64,000 nt of DNA from Pelagomonas calceolata (GCA_918797485.1 CAKKNE010000001.1:1054001-1118000), one strand, 5' to 3'. Numbered from the stretch's first letter, positions 23,576-35,075 are shown. Program-made: numbers and translations. The notes: generated from the sequence alone by a model not told the origin.

Positions 23576-23760
23576 TAGCTCGGTCTCCGGGATTTTGCGG
23601 CTGCTGCGGTCCCCTGCGGCTTATTTTAAAAACAGAGAAGGCCAGCGGACTGCCGGCAGCGCGCCGGCTGCACAGCGCAGTGACCGGTGTACGTAACGGT
23701 GCTCTGTACAGATTAGCCCCTGAGGCCACCAAGTGACTCGAGCGCCCACGCCGCGCGACC

Positions 23761-24876
23761 ATGGCTGAGGTAAAACCGCCCAGACCGCGCAACGTCCTGG
23801 TCGCCGAGTTCCCCGGCCTCTCGAAGGACGACGCGAGCCAGGCACTACGGGACGCCGGCGGCGACCTCAATAAAGCAAGGAAGCTCATAAAAAAGCGCCG
23901 CGGCGGCGACGTGTCCGATTCCGACGACGACGTTGTTATTGGAGACACGATCGCGTCCGACGCGGCCCTCGCGCGGCAGCTCCAGGCTGAGTTAAACGGC
24001 GAGGGCCGCCCGGCGCCGAAGCGCGGGCGCGACCCCTTCGCCCAGGACCTGACGGCGGACTCCGACGACGAGCCGGCCGCGAAGAAGGCCAAGGCGCCCC
24101 CGTGGCAAGGGAAGCGCGGCACGGCGCGGATGTTCGCTGAAATGAGCGCTCTACGGAAGTGGAAGGGCTCGCCGCGCGTCTTTGATATCGAGATGGTTCA
24201 AGATAGAGCGGACAAGTGGCGCTTTTCCGTAAATGGTTTTGATAATGACTGTTCGGCGGGGCGGAATTTAAATTCGGATTTGCGGAAATTGCGGGGCCAG
24301 TCCTGCATCAAGATGGAGATCACGTTCCCGTCCGACTACCCGACGCGGCCCTTCTTTCTGAGATGCGTCTCGCCGCGCTTCTGCTGGTACACGGGCCACG
24401 TGACGGCCGGCGGCGCGATCTGCATCGAGGCGTTAACCACAGAAGGGACGCCGGGCTCCTGGCAGCCGGACATCTGCGTCGAATCGGTGCTCAATACGGT
24501 GTTCATCTGTGTGGAAATCAACCAATGTCGCGTCGATGGCGTGGAGGTCGACGCGGCGATTCAGGTCGAACGCGCCGTAAATTCGATTTCCACACAGGTG
24601 TTCATGAACTTTCTGGACACGACGTCCGAGATCATCCGCACGGCGTAGCGTGCGGTGTCCCGAAACGACGCCGAGGCGTCACATCGATGGCGTCGGTGCC
24701 ACCGTTTCACTCACCACTCGATATCACACAGGACGGGACCGGGCGGGCGCTCGGGGCCCCTGCGCGTCGACCTGCGGGGCCAGTTCCACCCCTCGCCGCT
24801 CCAGGAGTACACCGAGCACGAGGCGCGGTCCGCGTTCAGCCGGATGCTGTCCCACCACCGGGCGAACGGCTGGTGA
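23761..24876 (+). CDS. Ubiquitin-conjugating enzyme, UBE2Q-like, with N-terminal UBA/CUE-like region; introns 24499-24597 and 24645-24731
   Basis: FPSDYPTRPFFLRCVSPR, GHVTAGGAICIE, W.P...VESVL; spliced C-terminus IRTATGPGGRSGPLRVD..YTEHEARSAFSRMLSHHRANGW. Confidence 0.85.
24499..24605 (+). mobile_element. Introner element (non-autonomous DNA transposon forming an intron) with 13-bp TIRs and 8-bp TSD
   Basis: GTGTTCAT (24499-24506) + CTGTGTGGAAATC ... GATTTCCACACAG (24507-24597) + GTGTTCAT (24598-24605); donor GT lies in the TSD, acceptor AG in the TIR. Confidence 0.9.
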
Positions 24877-24887
24877 GTAAGTGTACA

Positions 24888-26112
24888 CTAACTCACAATT
24901 AATTCGCGATCCCCATAGCCTGCAAACGCCTTCTGCGCGTCGTAGACGGCCTTCAGGCGGCCGTAGACTTGTTCGTGGAGGCGCTCGACGTCGGCGGCCG
25001 ACGGCGACGCGGTCTTCGTCGTTCGGACGGGCGCGACGCAGACCGAGAGCGCGACGCGGCGAGGAATAGGCAGGAACCAGCGTCCGTAGAAGCCCATGAC
25101 GCCCGCACGCATCTTCCGCGACAGCGTCTCCATGAGGCCCCACGGGTCCTGGACGACCGTCAGCAGGTCGCTGGTGCCGAAGAAGAACGCGGCGTGGACC
25201 TGCGCGCCCTCCGCGAGACACAACCGCATGAGGCCGCGCCGCTGGCCGATGACCAATTCGTCGACGCCCGGCCGGCTCCGGAACGCCCCAAGGATGCCGT
25301 CGGGCGGAATGCCCAGGACGCCGCCGCGCCGCGCGCCCCCTTGAGAAGAAGGGGCACACCGCTCGCGCAGCGCTCTGACGATGGACCGCTTGCCGGCGCT
25401 GACGACCCAGATGAGGGAGTGCATATACCTCAGACCCGGGACGCGCTTCACGACGTCGGCGGCGCCGGTGTACCTGTGCGTGTATCGCGTCGATGGCGTG
25501 TCCTGTAGACAAGACGCCATCGACGCGGCCCCAGCAACCAAAGGACGCCGCGCGCTACTGCCAGATGCCACAGCCCCACCGACAATAACAGCACCACACA
25601 ATCGCACCGTACGGAAACACGCCGTGCGGGCACGCGAGGTAGACCGTCGGCAGGAACTCCGCGAGGCGCTCGGGCTCGTCGACGGCCGGCGTAAAGCCCG
25701 CGGCGGCGAGGGGATCGTCGCGGTCCACAAACAGTTCGAGCGAGAAATAGCGGCCCAGCGCCCGCGCCAGCGGGCTACAGCGCGCCGCGAGGGAGCCCGC
25801 TTCCGGCAGCGGATGGAACGCCAGAATCAATGCGACGGCGACGACGCCGAGGCGCTGCGTCGTCCCGCCGGCGACGGCCGCCCAGACTGCTGCTGCGCCT
25901 AATGCAAACGGCAGCACGAGAGTGGTCGCAAAAAAAGCTAAAGCAAGCAACTCGTCGCGCAGCGACAGCGGGCAGGGCCGCCGCGGCGCATTCAAGCGCT
26001 GCGCCGGGCTCGTGACAGCTTTGATGGCCCGCCACTGCGCGTCGAGTTCCAGCGCGAAGAAGTCGTCGGGGAGCTGCCAGAGGCGGATGACGTCGACGTT
26101 ACTCGTCGTCAT
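24888..26112 (-). CDS. DGAT2: Diacylglycerol acyltransferase type 2 / MOGAT family; intron 25558-25474; start uncertain
   Basis: CPHGVFPYG, PDGILGAF, RRGLMRL, FFFGT, GRWFLPIPRR; phase-2 GT..ACAG intron restores WQYTGAA. Confidence 0.75.
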
Positions 26113-26299
26113 CTGCACTGCTCTGCGAGCTGTACGAGCTCTAGGAGGTGTGGCTGTACGCTCCAAATCGTTCGTTGGCGCGGGTGCCGGTGCTTCAGGC
26201 TGCCGGCCTGATATAGGAATAATTCGGTGAAGTGCAATTGCGCTTGAATCGTCGCCCATTAGCAGCTGTTTGGGCCCGCAAAGCCCGGAGCCAAGCCGA

Positions 26300-26321
26300 G
26301 CTAGCGGCCCTAACACACTAG
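26300..26321 (-). promoter_or_regulatory. Recurrent upstream motif (variant)
   Basis: GCTAGCGGCCCTAACACACTAG between divergent genes. Confidence 0.5.
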
Positions 26322-26571
26322 CAAGCCATGCCAAAAAAATCGTGAGGCCTCTGCGGATACGCAGCGAACCACTGGAGGGGTCGACAGCGCTGCCAGCATA
26401 TCTGTCGCAGCCGCAGCGCCTACTCCAGCTGCCGTTCCTGGTGACAGGCCGGGAGAGCCCAGCTGATACGCAGAGAGCGTGGCCTGGCCCGGAGCGCCCG
26501 GCGCCCCAGACGCCATCGACGCGACGCGGTTGCGTTCACGGCCACAGCTGGACTGCCGCCCCTTCGTGACG

Positions 26572-28176
26572 ATGAGACCCAGCGCGCTATTCTGCTGGGC
26601 GCTCGCCGCATCCACAGCAGCGGCCGGCGTCCTCCCTTTACCGTATCAATTGGGCGAGCACGTCGACCTGCGAGCCGACGCGGTCGGCTTTACGGGTGGG
26701 TGGGGCAGCGTGCCCGAGAAGGAGCGGTTAAAACTGCGCCAGAAGGCCGGTTATACGTGGACTTTTCCGAATGAACCGGAAGGCTATAAAAAGAGACAAG
26801 AACAGCGCTGGGTCGAGATCCAGGCGCTCGATCATTATCAGGAGCGCCTCGACAACTTCGTGCAATACACACAAGTACGAACAGTACCTAATTATACCCA
26901 AAACGGCTTCGATGTGGTCGATATTCCCCACGATCTGTGGCAGAGGATGCGGGATCGGCTGCACGAGCAATTACCTAAAGCGCGGACTGAAAGTGAGGTC
27001 CAGGGTATCTATGGTAGTGAGAGGCCTCGCATGGTCGGCCACGGGGAAGGAAGGAATCTGTTGAGTGAATTGCAGCCCATCCTGGAGAAATGGGTGCCCG
27101 ACATCGAAACGGGTCTGCAGCCGGTAACCGCGTACGGTATGCGCGCTTATGGTCGCGGGGCGTCGCTCGGCTTCCACACGGACAGAGTGGACACGCACGT
27201 CATCTCGGCGATCGTGCACGTGGACCACAAGTACGACGACGACGCGGAGCCGTGGCCGATCGAGATCGAGGGCCATGATGGCTTAAGGCACTCGGTGGAC
27301 CTGAAGCCGGGCCAGATGCTGTTGTACGAGTCGGCGAAGTGTCCTCATGGTCGGAGTACGGCCCTAAAAGGCGACTGGTACGCGTCGGTGTTTGTCCACT
27401 ACAAGCCCAAGGACATGGCGACCTACTGGCCCTACCAGCAGAAGGACGTGTGGCTGGCGGTGCCGCCGGGCTGGGACTCGAAGCCTTTGATGGATGACGG
27501 CACGCCCGGCGAGCGCTGGGCCGGCGCGTTTCTGACGCACGATTCCGTGGTCGTCCAGGGCATGGCCGACCGGTTAGCTACTTCGTCAAAGAAGGGCCTG
27601 CCGGACAAGGTCAAAAGAAATCTAGCCGCAGCACATCCGGCCCCCGCACCCAACAACCACAAACGCATGCGGCACGAGTCGCGCATCGACCCGGAGCTGC
27701 TCAAGAAGGCGCATGAAGCGGCCTTGGCCGCTGGTGAAGAACCCGTGAAACGGCAGGGGCCGTCCCTCTCGCAAGTCGCGCCCAAGGACATCCCCAAGGA
27801 GCACACGGGCGAGGACCTTGATGATGATGATGATGGTGATGATGCGGAAGAAGCGAAGGCGGCGCTGAAGCGGCCCGAAGGGCGGACGCTCAAGAAGTCG
27901 GCGCGGCGGGACCGCGTCGTCCCGGCGCGGCGGCGCGGCCGCCGGCGCGACGACGACGACGACGCCGCGCCGCGCCCCAAAAAAGCGGAGGAGGACGACG
28001 ACGAGGTCGAGGTCGTCGTCGGCGGCTCTTTACTGCTGATGGGCTTCGGCTGGTGGTTTGGTGGGATTTCATTGGTGTCTCTCACGCTGTGTCTCCGCCG
28101 GGCCGTCGTGACACGGGGCCGGTCCCTCGACCCGCGGCGCCTCGGGCGCAAGGAGAAGGCGGACCTGCCGATCTGA
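26572..28176 (+). CDS. 2OG-Fe(II) oxygenase-like protein with signal peptide and C-terminal TM helix
   Basis: YGMRAY..LGFHTDR..THVISAIVHVD, WPIEI, MLLYES..CPHGR, FVHY (HxD..H..R). Confidence 0.75.
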   Translation: MRPSALFCWALAASTAAAGVLPLPYQLGEHVDLRADAVGFTGGWGSVPEKERLKLRQKAGYTWTFPNEPEGYKKRQEQRWVEIQALDHYQERLDNFVQYTQVRTVPNYTQNGFDVVDIPHDLWQRMRDRLHEQLPKARTESEVQGIYGSERPRMVGHGEGRNLLSELQPILEKWVPDIETGLQPVTAYGMRAYGRGASLGFHTDRVDTHVISAIVHVDHKYDDDAEPWPIEIEGHDGLRHSVDLKPGQMLLYESAKCPHGRSTALKGDWYASVFVHYKPKDMATYWPYQQKDVWLAVPPGWDSKPLMDDGTPGERWAGAFLTHDSVVVQGMADRLATSSKKGLPDKVKRNLAAAHPAPAPNNHKRMRHESRIDPELLKKAHEAALAAGEEPVKRQGPSLSQVAPKDIPKEHTGEDLDDDDDGDDAEEAKAALKRPEGRTLKKSARRDRVVPARRRGRRRDDDDDAAPRPKKAEEDDDEVEVVVGGSLLLMGFGWWFGGISLVSLTLCLRRAVVTRGRSLDPRRLGRKEKADLPI

Positions 28177-28459
28177 TATCGTCTGTGTAAGAATCGTATT
28201 GAAGCTCTTTGTTGCGACGATGGCGTACTCCGTGGCTTCGGCACAGGACCGCTCCCGGGAATCAAAACGGGTTTTCCAGCTATAGATCTGGCGCTCGTTC
28301 GCGTGCCGAGAGCGTCTGCGCGTTTGCGTGAGGTGGAAGTGTCGATCAATATAGCGTCGTTGCCCTGGCTCGCGTCGTGCGGCGCCGTTTCTTACTAACC
28401 TGGACTTGGCCTGATCCTGCCTCGGCGCCTGGTCAAGCTGCGGGGAGAATCGCGACGCC

Positions 28460-28756
28460 CGCGCGAGAGCAGCCTGCGGGAACATCGCGGACGCCCCGTA
28501 GTAGCGACGACTGTACTCGGCCCTTTCTGGCCGTCGGGCGCGCGAGAAGGCGGAGCTCGACGCCGAGCTCGCGTGTCTCAAAGACGAGAACGCTAAGCTC
28601 AGGGAAGCTTCGGGGGCCGCCGACAAACCCGAGGCGGCCGCGCGAACCGTGACGCCCGGCGCTCCCGTGGTTGACTGCGACGAGGCGGCCTCCGAGCTCG
28701 AGGCCTACGCCGGATCTATGCCCTCCCCCCCAACACGGGGTGGCGGCGGGCCGTAG
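28460..28756 (+). pseudogene. Possible decayed bZIP-like coding fragment
   Basis: Frame reads DAP**RRLYSALSGRRAREKAELDAELACLKDENAKLRE: basic region plus Leu heptads after two TAG stops, no ATG. Confidence 0.3.
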
Positions 28757-29156
28757 CGCGGTCCCGACTCCAAGACTCTGAAGACGCCTAAGAATCTCTC
28801 CATTCACAGCTTGGCTCGTCGCGCGCGTGGGCAAGACCGCTAGCTTGATCGGGCGTTCACCACGGCGGAGTTGTCTCTGTTACGGTGCTAGGACTAGTGG
28901 GCAGAGCCCCGTCGCGCGGGCGACGCGCTGCGCGCAACGGACGGGGAAAGCGCTCGGGTGCAGGCTGGCAGTCAAACCAAGCGCTGGAAGCGCTGCGCAG
29001 CCGAGGCACGTATACGCGAGCTGTGGCCGGCGCCCACGCAGCGAAACAACCGCAGCCGGCACGCAGGAAGCGGTAGGAACCGTGTGCGGCAGCCCCGCGG
29101 TTACGGGGCAGCCCATAGCGCAAACACCACTACTTGCTGCCAAATAGACACCGACG

Positions 29157-30338
29157 ATGAGCGACGCCCAGATCGAGGCGGCCGCGCGCAACCTCGAGAC
29201 GACGGCGAAGATCGACCAGTTCAGCAGCATCCTGTTCGGCGCCGTCGCGCCCGAGGGCGAGCCGCGGGAAGCGCTCGCGGCGCTCGTGACCTATGCGCGC
29301 GATCGGGAAGCCGAGGCCGAGAGGCACACGAAATTGCTCGAAGAGCAGCGCGCCCAGATTTTGGATATGGAGGACCAGCTCGAGCAAGCGTCCCCGAACA
29401 ACAAACCACCAAACTCGCCGCCCGGCGTGGAATACGTCTCCGAGCTCGAAGACATGGTCGAGTTACTGGAAGCCGAGAACCAGAAGCTGCTGGACAAGGC
29501 GCAGAGCCGGCGGAAGGCCCTGAAGGAAGCTCAGGCGGAGCTCGCGAAGACGCAAGAGGCGCTGGACGCGTCGCGGACCGAAGCGGAGCGCGCCAAGCAA
29601 GATTTGGTGATGGCCCGGGACGAGCAAGCTCGCCTGCGGAAGACGCTTACCACGAAAGAGCAACATATAGAGGAGCTTGAGGAAGAGCTCGTGGTGATTG
29701 ACGAGGAGTTGCGGGAAGCGCGGAGTGAGGGGGCTGTCACCGCGTCGGCGGTCTTCGCGGCCAAGGCATCGGGCCAGCCTTTGTCTTCACTCGCGTCGAC
29801 GCCGGCGACGACACCCGCCCAAACGCCGATGAAGGCACCACCCGAGCTCGACGTGCAGTCCGGTGGAAGTTCAGACGACGACTCCGACGCCGAGCACCTC
29901 CTGTCGCCGGGGCCCGACGCGCTGGGCGCGGTCGGTTGCGCGTCGCCGGCGGTTTTGATGGAGAAACTGGACGTGAGCGACGACGAGTCGGAGGACGAAA
30001 GGATGGCGGCGCCCGTGGCCCATAGACCAGTGCCAGCGCCGCCTCCAGACTCCCCGGATGATGATCATGTAGACTTTCGATCAACGATGTCGGCGCGCAT
30101 TGCCGCGGCGCGGGCGGCGGCAGGACGAGGCGTGGGCACAAATGGGCGAATGCGCCCCATTCGGGACCGACGAGGGCCGTTCCGCAAATCGATCACCGTG
30201 GCGCGGTCGCCGCCCGCGTCGCCGGGCGGAATTGACATGGAGGAGGAGGACGGGTTGTGGAAGAGAGCGAAATCGCCTCCTCCAGCCTATGTGAGCGCTG
30301 CGCCGCGCATCGTCAATACGAGTCGAGAGCACTTCTAA
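29157..30338 (+). CDS. Coiled-coil protein
   Basis: 393-aa ATG ORF with long E/L/K heptad region and low-complexity C-terminus. Confidence 0.7.
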   Translation: MSDAQIEAAARNLETTAKIDQFSSILFGAVAPEGEPREALAALVTYARDREAEAERHTKLLEEQRAQILDMEDQLEQASPNNKPPNSPPGVEYVSELEDMVELLEAENQKLLDKAQSRRKALKEAQAELAKTQEALDASRTEAERAKQDLVMARDEQARLRKTLTTKEQHIEELEEELVVIDEELREARSEGAVTASAVFAAKASGQPLSSLASTPATTPAQTPMKAPPELDVQSGGSSDDDSDAEHLLSPGPDALGAVGCASPAVLMEKLDVSDDESEDERMAAPVAHRPVPAPPPDSPDDDHVDFRSTMSARIAAARAAAGRGVGTNGRMRPIRDRRGPFRKSITVARSPPASPGGIDMEEEDGLWKRAKSPPPAYVSAAPRIVNTSREHF

Positions 30339-30347
30339 GAAAAACAA

Positions 30348-33300
30348 CTAGTCTTTACCGTACGACGGGGCCCACCTTGTATTGGTCCTATCGAGCTCCC
30401 GCGCCTCCCGATCCGCCTCGGGTACCAGATCTTGATCATATTCCTCCACGTCCCGCCCGTGCAGCGCGAGCGCCGCCCGGCGCGACGGGTCCGCGATCTC
30501 CAGCTCCTCGAGCTTCGATCTGCAACGAGTATCGTGGTACGAGATGTTCGGGTGGTCGAACGTCTCGGGCGCGCCGAGGCCCAGTATCGGGTCGTATTGA
30601 GATGGGAATTCGTATTTCTTTCTGACGTCGATCTTCGTCAGTATGCTCTGGGTCGGGCGGTATGTAAATTCGGGCTCCATGAGTTCCGAAGTGGCCCGGC
30701 CCGACTTGAGCTGCCTCGGTTTTATTCGGGGAGCGCTTGGTCTTGGCGCCGTCGCCGCGAGGTGCGGCGCCTCGTGCTGCGAGCGCATTCCCAGAGGTTG
30801 TGCGCTCCTAATGGCGGAGTACGCATACGGCGTCGGGTCGTCGAGTAACGTGCCGCCCCGCAAGTACGTCGCGGGCTCCAAAGCCGGCCGGCCGCGCATG
30901 GCAGTAAGGTCGTTCAAATTCTCATTCTGCGGCCACGGCTCCGAGATCCTAAAGAGGATGGTCTCGTTTGCGAGGTCTGCTGTCATGTCCTGAGGCCGCA
31001 GGGGCATCTCCTGCCAGGGCGCGGACTCGTGGTCGTGCGGGTCGATGGGAATTTGAGTCGTATACGTGTCGACGTGCTGCGCCTTCGGGGCATTCGCCCG
31101 CAAATCGCGGTCGAGGCGGTGGTATTTGCTCCGGATGCCCGCGCCGGGGAGTTGGTAGCTTCCCGAGGGCGGCGCGAACTCGGCCTTGCTCCGCGGCCGC
31201 CTTCTCGCAGAATTGCGGCGGTACGTCGTCCGGGCCGAGCCGAAGGACGTGCGGCGCTCCGCCGACGCCCGGGCGCCCCGGGCCGACCCGATGGACGCCC
31301 GCCGATCGCCGCCCGGCGTCTTCTCCGACGCGAGCGACGTCCTGGCGGACCGCCGCTCGCCGCCCGGCGTCTGCTTCCCGGGCGTCATCGTCTCGGTGGA
31401 GGGCCGCCGGGTAGTAGACGCGGACGACGCCCGCCGCGAGCCCGTGGCGGAGGGCCGCCGCTTCGTGATGGGTGTTTTGGGAGGCACGATGTCGCGAGCC
31501 CGCGCGTCACTTTGGACCGCGGCCGCCGCCCGCATGCACCGCTCGTGCGCCGCCTCGACGGCGGCGTCGGCCTCCTCGATGCTCTTCCGCAGGGCCTCGG
31601 CGCGCTTCTGGTCGTCAGCCCGCGTCCGCGGCGTCCGCGCCGGGCCATCGAACGACACGGTTTTCGCGTCCGCCTCCGCGCGGATCGCATCCCTTTTATT
31701 GAGTGCCTCCTCGTAGACTCGCTCCGCCTCCTTGAGTTCGGACGCGCGCGCGCTCCGCGCGTCCCGTCTTCTATCTCGTTCGGTAGCAGCTCTCAAGAAC
31801 ATTTCCGCGGCGCCCGTCGCGTCCTTGGCCTTGGCCCGCAGCGTCCCCAGCGACGCCAGCAGCTCCGCATAATCGTCGTCGTCCGACGGGCTCGCCGCGT
31901 GCTCCCGCGCTCGGATAGGCACATATTCCTCCATGACCTCCCGGTGGCAGTCCGCGAAGCCGCCCAGCGACGCGCCGTTCAGGTGCGCGGCGCTGCCGGG
32001 GTACCAGTCCGGGTCCGTCAGATCAGAATCCAGATGGCGCACGCCTCTGACAAAAAACAACGCGTGGAAGAGCGCCAACAACGTGTCCCGGTCCTGTCTT
32101 AGTTCTTCCACCGTCGGGATCGCGGGGAGCTCCTCGATCGTCGCGAGGACCTTTTGCGTGGCAGTCAGCGGCGGCGGCTTCTGGGGCGTTTGCGTGCTCC
32201 TTATTGAACTCACCTCGACGACGCGGCGCTTCTGGGACGGCGTGGTTACTAACGAAGACGACGTCGCGAGCGTCGCCGCGACGGCCCCTTCGCTCTTGAC
32301 AGATGGCGGCGCCGACGCGCGCTCCCTTCGACAAGAAATGGTCAATCCATCGATCGCCACGGTAGATTGGTTCTTCGCGTGGCTCCGGTCGAACAAGAGC
32401 CCGGCCTTGACGCGCGCGTCGATGACTTCCTTGCTGACAAATTTCGCCTCGTGGGCCAACCGTTCTTCGTCTTCTTCGGACAGCGCCGGCGTGACGCCGC
32501 GCGCCGGATCGCCGGCGAACTCCGTGATCATGGCCTCGTAGTCGTCCTCGTCCTCCGATACCGTGCGGTCGTCGTCATCATTTAACGCAAACAGGGTCAT
32601 GAGCTCCGTGTAGTGCTTGACGCCGCTCTTGACGTCGGGGCCCGTCGCCGAGGACGTCGTCCGGCCGGGCCGGCCCTTCTGGCGTAACGAATCCCGTAGC
32701 AACGCGAGGTGGGCGCACTGCCGTCGTTTCCGTTGCCTTCTTCGTTCAGCCGCGCACTCGCGCGCGTGCAGCTTCCGCGCGACCAAGACTTGGTCCCGGA
32801 TCTTCTCGGGCCGCGTGAACGTTCTTTTACGAACGATCTCCCGGCACGCGCTGATGGAGCACGCTCGTCGGAGAACCTGCTTGACGTCGGACTTGCCGCA
32901 GGCCATCCGCAGGAAGTCTCGCGCCTCCTTCTCCAAATGAGCGACTAATTCATCCTCGGGGCACTCACCCTCGACGTTCCCAACCAACCGTCGATTCGCC
33001 TCCCGATGAGCAGCCGCCGCCGCCTCAGCAAACGCAACACCTACTTCGAGCGCCTCCCCCCTAGGATCGGGCTGGGACCGGTAGTGCTCCTTGAGGAGCT
33101 GGGCCCGGTTCATCAATGCCCCGGCGTCCTGCGTGTGGGGGCAGCCCCAGGGCCACCACATGTTTGAGGGACCCAGCGCTGGTGGAGGGTACTTGCTGAA
33201 GCGCGGCGCGTAGCGCCTTCGACCTCTCTCATCTACCAATCGCGTCTCGAACTTCTTGTCGTTCTGCAATTGGGGCAAGTTCTGGACCTCCTCGAGGCCT

Positions 33301-33857
33301 TCGTCGTCCGCTCTCAGCATCTCGATGATTGAGGCCACCCTCAGAGCGTTCTCGCGATCCTTCAACAACACGCCGTGCTCCCGGTCTCCGGTCATGGCGT
33401 CCTGCACGGCGATCGTCGCTCTGACCTTGTTCTTGAACTCCGTGCGCCGCTGTTTGGCTTCGTCGAGCTCGCGCTGATCTTCTTCATCCACAACTTCCGG
33501 AATTGTTTTAGTTAACCACCCGCGCGCGCGCGCCTCCCGGTATCTATGAGTAGCCACGCGATACTCCAGATGATGAGGATTTAAGTCGACGTTCCGCGGG
33601 ATTACAAAAGAAGCCGGCCCCTTGCCTAAAGACTCGACCGCGTTCAGCGCCTCGTCGTCCAAATCCCACTGCGCCAGCCCATCCCCCACGTCAATGGTCC
33701 GCATCTGTTCGTCGAGCTCGTCATTTTGCTGCTGCCAGTCCTTCGGCTTGTAATCATCTAACCATTCGTCGCCGTCGGGGACCGGTTCTTTTGGAGGGGC
33801 CGGCGACGCCGCATATACTCTTGAGGTGTCTACTTGGTACCAGGCGGACTTGCCCAT
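30348..33857 (-). CDS. Large hypothetical protein with coiled coil
   Basis: 1169-aa uninterrupted ATG ORF; no recognised catalytic motif. Confidence 0.7.
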   Translation of the reverse strand: MGKSAWYQVDTSRVYAASPAPPKEPVPDGDEWLDDYKPKDWQQQNDELDEQMRTIDVGDGLAQWDLDDEALNAVESLGKGPASFVIPRNVDLNPHHLEYRVATHRYREARARGWLTKTIPEVVDEEDQRELDEAKQRRTEFKNKVRATIAVQDAMTGDREHGVLLKDRENALRVASIIEMLRADDEGLEEVQNLPQLQNDKKFETRLVDERGRRRYAPRFSKYPPPALGPSNMWWPWGCPHTQDAGALMNRAQLLKEHYRSQPDPRGEALEVGVAFAEAAAAAHREANRRLVGNVEGECPEDELVAHLEKEARDFLRMACGKSDVKQVLRRACSISACREIVRKRTFTRPEKIRDQVLVARKLHARECAAERRRQRKRRQCAHLALLRDSLRQKGRPGRTTSSATGPDVKSGVKHYTELMTLFALNDDDDRTVSEDEDDYEAMITEFAGDPARGVTPALSEEDEERLAHEAKFVSKEVIDARVKAGLLFDRSHAKNQSTVAIDGLTISCRRERASAPPSVKSEGAVAATLATSSSLVTTPSQKRRVVEVSSIRSTQTPQKPPPLTATQKVLATIEELPAIPTVEELRQDRDTLLALFHALFFVRGVRHLDSDLTDPDWYPGSAAHLNGASLGGFADCHREVMEEYVPIRAREHAASPSDDDDYAELLASLGTLRAKAKDATGAAEMFLRAATERDRRRDARSARASELKEAERVYEEALNKRDAIRAEADAKTVSFDGPARTPRTRADDQKRAEALRKSIEEADAAVEAAHERCMRAAAAVQSDARARDIVPPKTPITKRRPSATGSRRASSASTTRRPSTETMTPGKQTPGGERRSARTSLASEKTPGGDRRASIGSARGARASAERRTSFGSARTTYRRNSARRRPRSKAEFAPPSGSYQLPGAGIRSKYHRLDRDLRANAPKAQHVDTYTTQIPIDPHDHESAPWQEMPLRPQDMTADLANETILFRISEPWPQNENLNDLTAMRGRPALEPATYLRGGTLLDDPTPYAYSAIRSAQPLGMRSQHEAPHLAATAPRPSAPRIKPRQLKSGRATSELMEPEFTYRPTQSILTKIDVRKKYEFPSQYDPILGLGAPETFDHPNISYHDTRCRSKLEELEIADPSRRAALALHGRDVEEYDQDLVPEADREARELDRTNTRWAPSYGKD

Positions 33858-34187
33858 CGTTACCTCGCGTGGTCACTGCCCTCGGTCACTCTGCCCCAGG
33901 GTCTCGGTCCGGACGGCGTGCGAGCGTCCTCCGGCTGCGGGCGTAGGTGAATTGACCACGGCTGCGTCTCTTCCGCCCGGCCGGGCTGCCCGAACGACGC
34001 TGTGCGCGCCGCTGCCGACGCGGCTGTCGGCGCTGCCAAACCTAGTGTCCAAACCTAGTGTGCGGCACCGCCGCTCGCCGCGCGTAAAGATCAGCCTAGA
34101 ATATCGTCTCGGGCAGCGCCGAGACCGCCAGACGCCCGCCGACGCGCCTGGCGACGAGTGGTCGACGGCTGCCCCAGAACAAAACAA

Positions 34188-35075
34188 ATGGCAGCCACCA
34201 CAGCCTCCATCCTGGAGCGCACGGCCGTGGCCGCCGCCGACGCGAATAGCGTGGACCTCGACGTCGTCGCGAATAACTTGGCAAGTGCGGCGCAGCGCGT
34301 CCGCGTGCTGGAGAAGCGCCGCGCGAAGAGCGCCCGCGCCGCGTTCGCCGCCGCCGCGCGGAAGCGGCGCCGCCCAACGCGACGCACCGCGCCAGTACCA
34401 CGGCCAATCAACGCGCCGAAAACGCTGCACGAGGCCCTGGCCGCGCCGCCGCCCGGGAACACCGCGTCGACCGCGCCGCCGCCCGCCGACGGCCCCGCCG
34501 CGCTCGCGGTCATGGCCGAAGCGCGCCGGGCCGAGATCCAACACGCGACGGAGGCCGTGCGCGCCGCGCGCGCCGCCCCGCACGCGCCGCAACCCTCACA
34601 GTCCTTCACGGCCCTCGTCGGCGACTTTTTGCGGCCCATGGTCGCGGCGGTGGCGGACGACGCGGCGCCCGACGAGCCCGGCGGTTGGTTGGATGTGGCC
34701 TTGGAGCGTGGCTGGGAGCGGCGCTGGTGCGCGGTGGTCAGCGGGCCGCACGGGCCCCGGCTCGAGATTGGGAAGAGCCCCGGCGCGCCTCCGGACGACG
34801 TCGCTTTATTGGTCGGCTGCGAGGTCGAAGCCGCCGACGACGGTGACCGCTTCGCCTTCCGCGTGGCGCACGCGCACCAGCGGACGCGCGTCCTTGCGGC
34901 GCGGAACAAGGACACGCGGCGGCAATGGGCGTCGACGTTGAGTGGCGCGGCGCGGACTCACGCCGCGAAAGCGAGAGAGCAGGACCTCGCGGCGCCCGCG
35001 GCGCGCCGGCGGCTGTTGGCGGCGGAGCGGCGGCTCGGGGTCGCGGTGGAGCGGGGGCGGGTTGAGGATGGGTAA
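34188..35075 (+). CDS. PH-domain protein
   Basis: GGWLDV..WERRWCAVV..FAFRV..LAARNKDTRRQWASTL. Confidence 0.65.
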   Translation: MAATTASILERTAVAAADANSVDLDVVANNLASAAQRVRVLEKRRAKSARAAFAAAARKRRRPTRRTAPVPRPINAPKTLHEALAAPPPGNTASTAPPPADGPAALAVMAEARRAEIQHATEAVRAARAAPHAPQPSQSFTALVGDFLRPMVAAVADDAAPDEPGGWLDVALERGWERRWCAVVSGPHGPRLEIGKSPGAPPDDVALLVGCEVEAADDGDRFAFRVAHAHQRTRVLAARNKDTRRQWASTLSGAARTHAAKAREQDLAAPAARRRLLAAERRLGVAVERGRVEDG

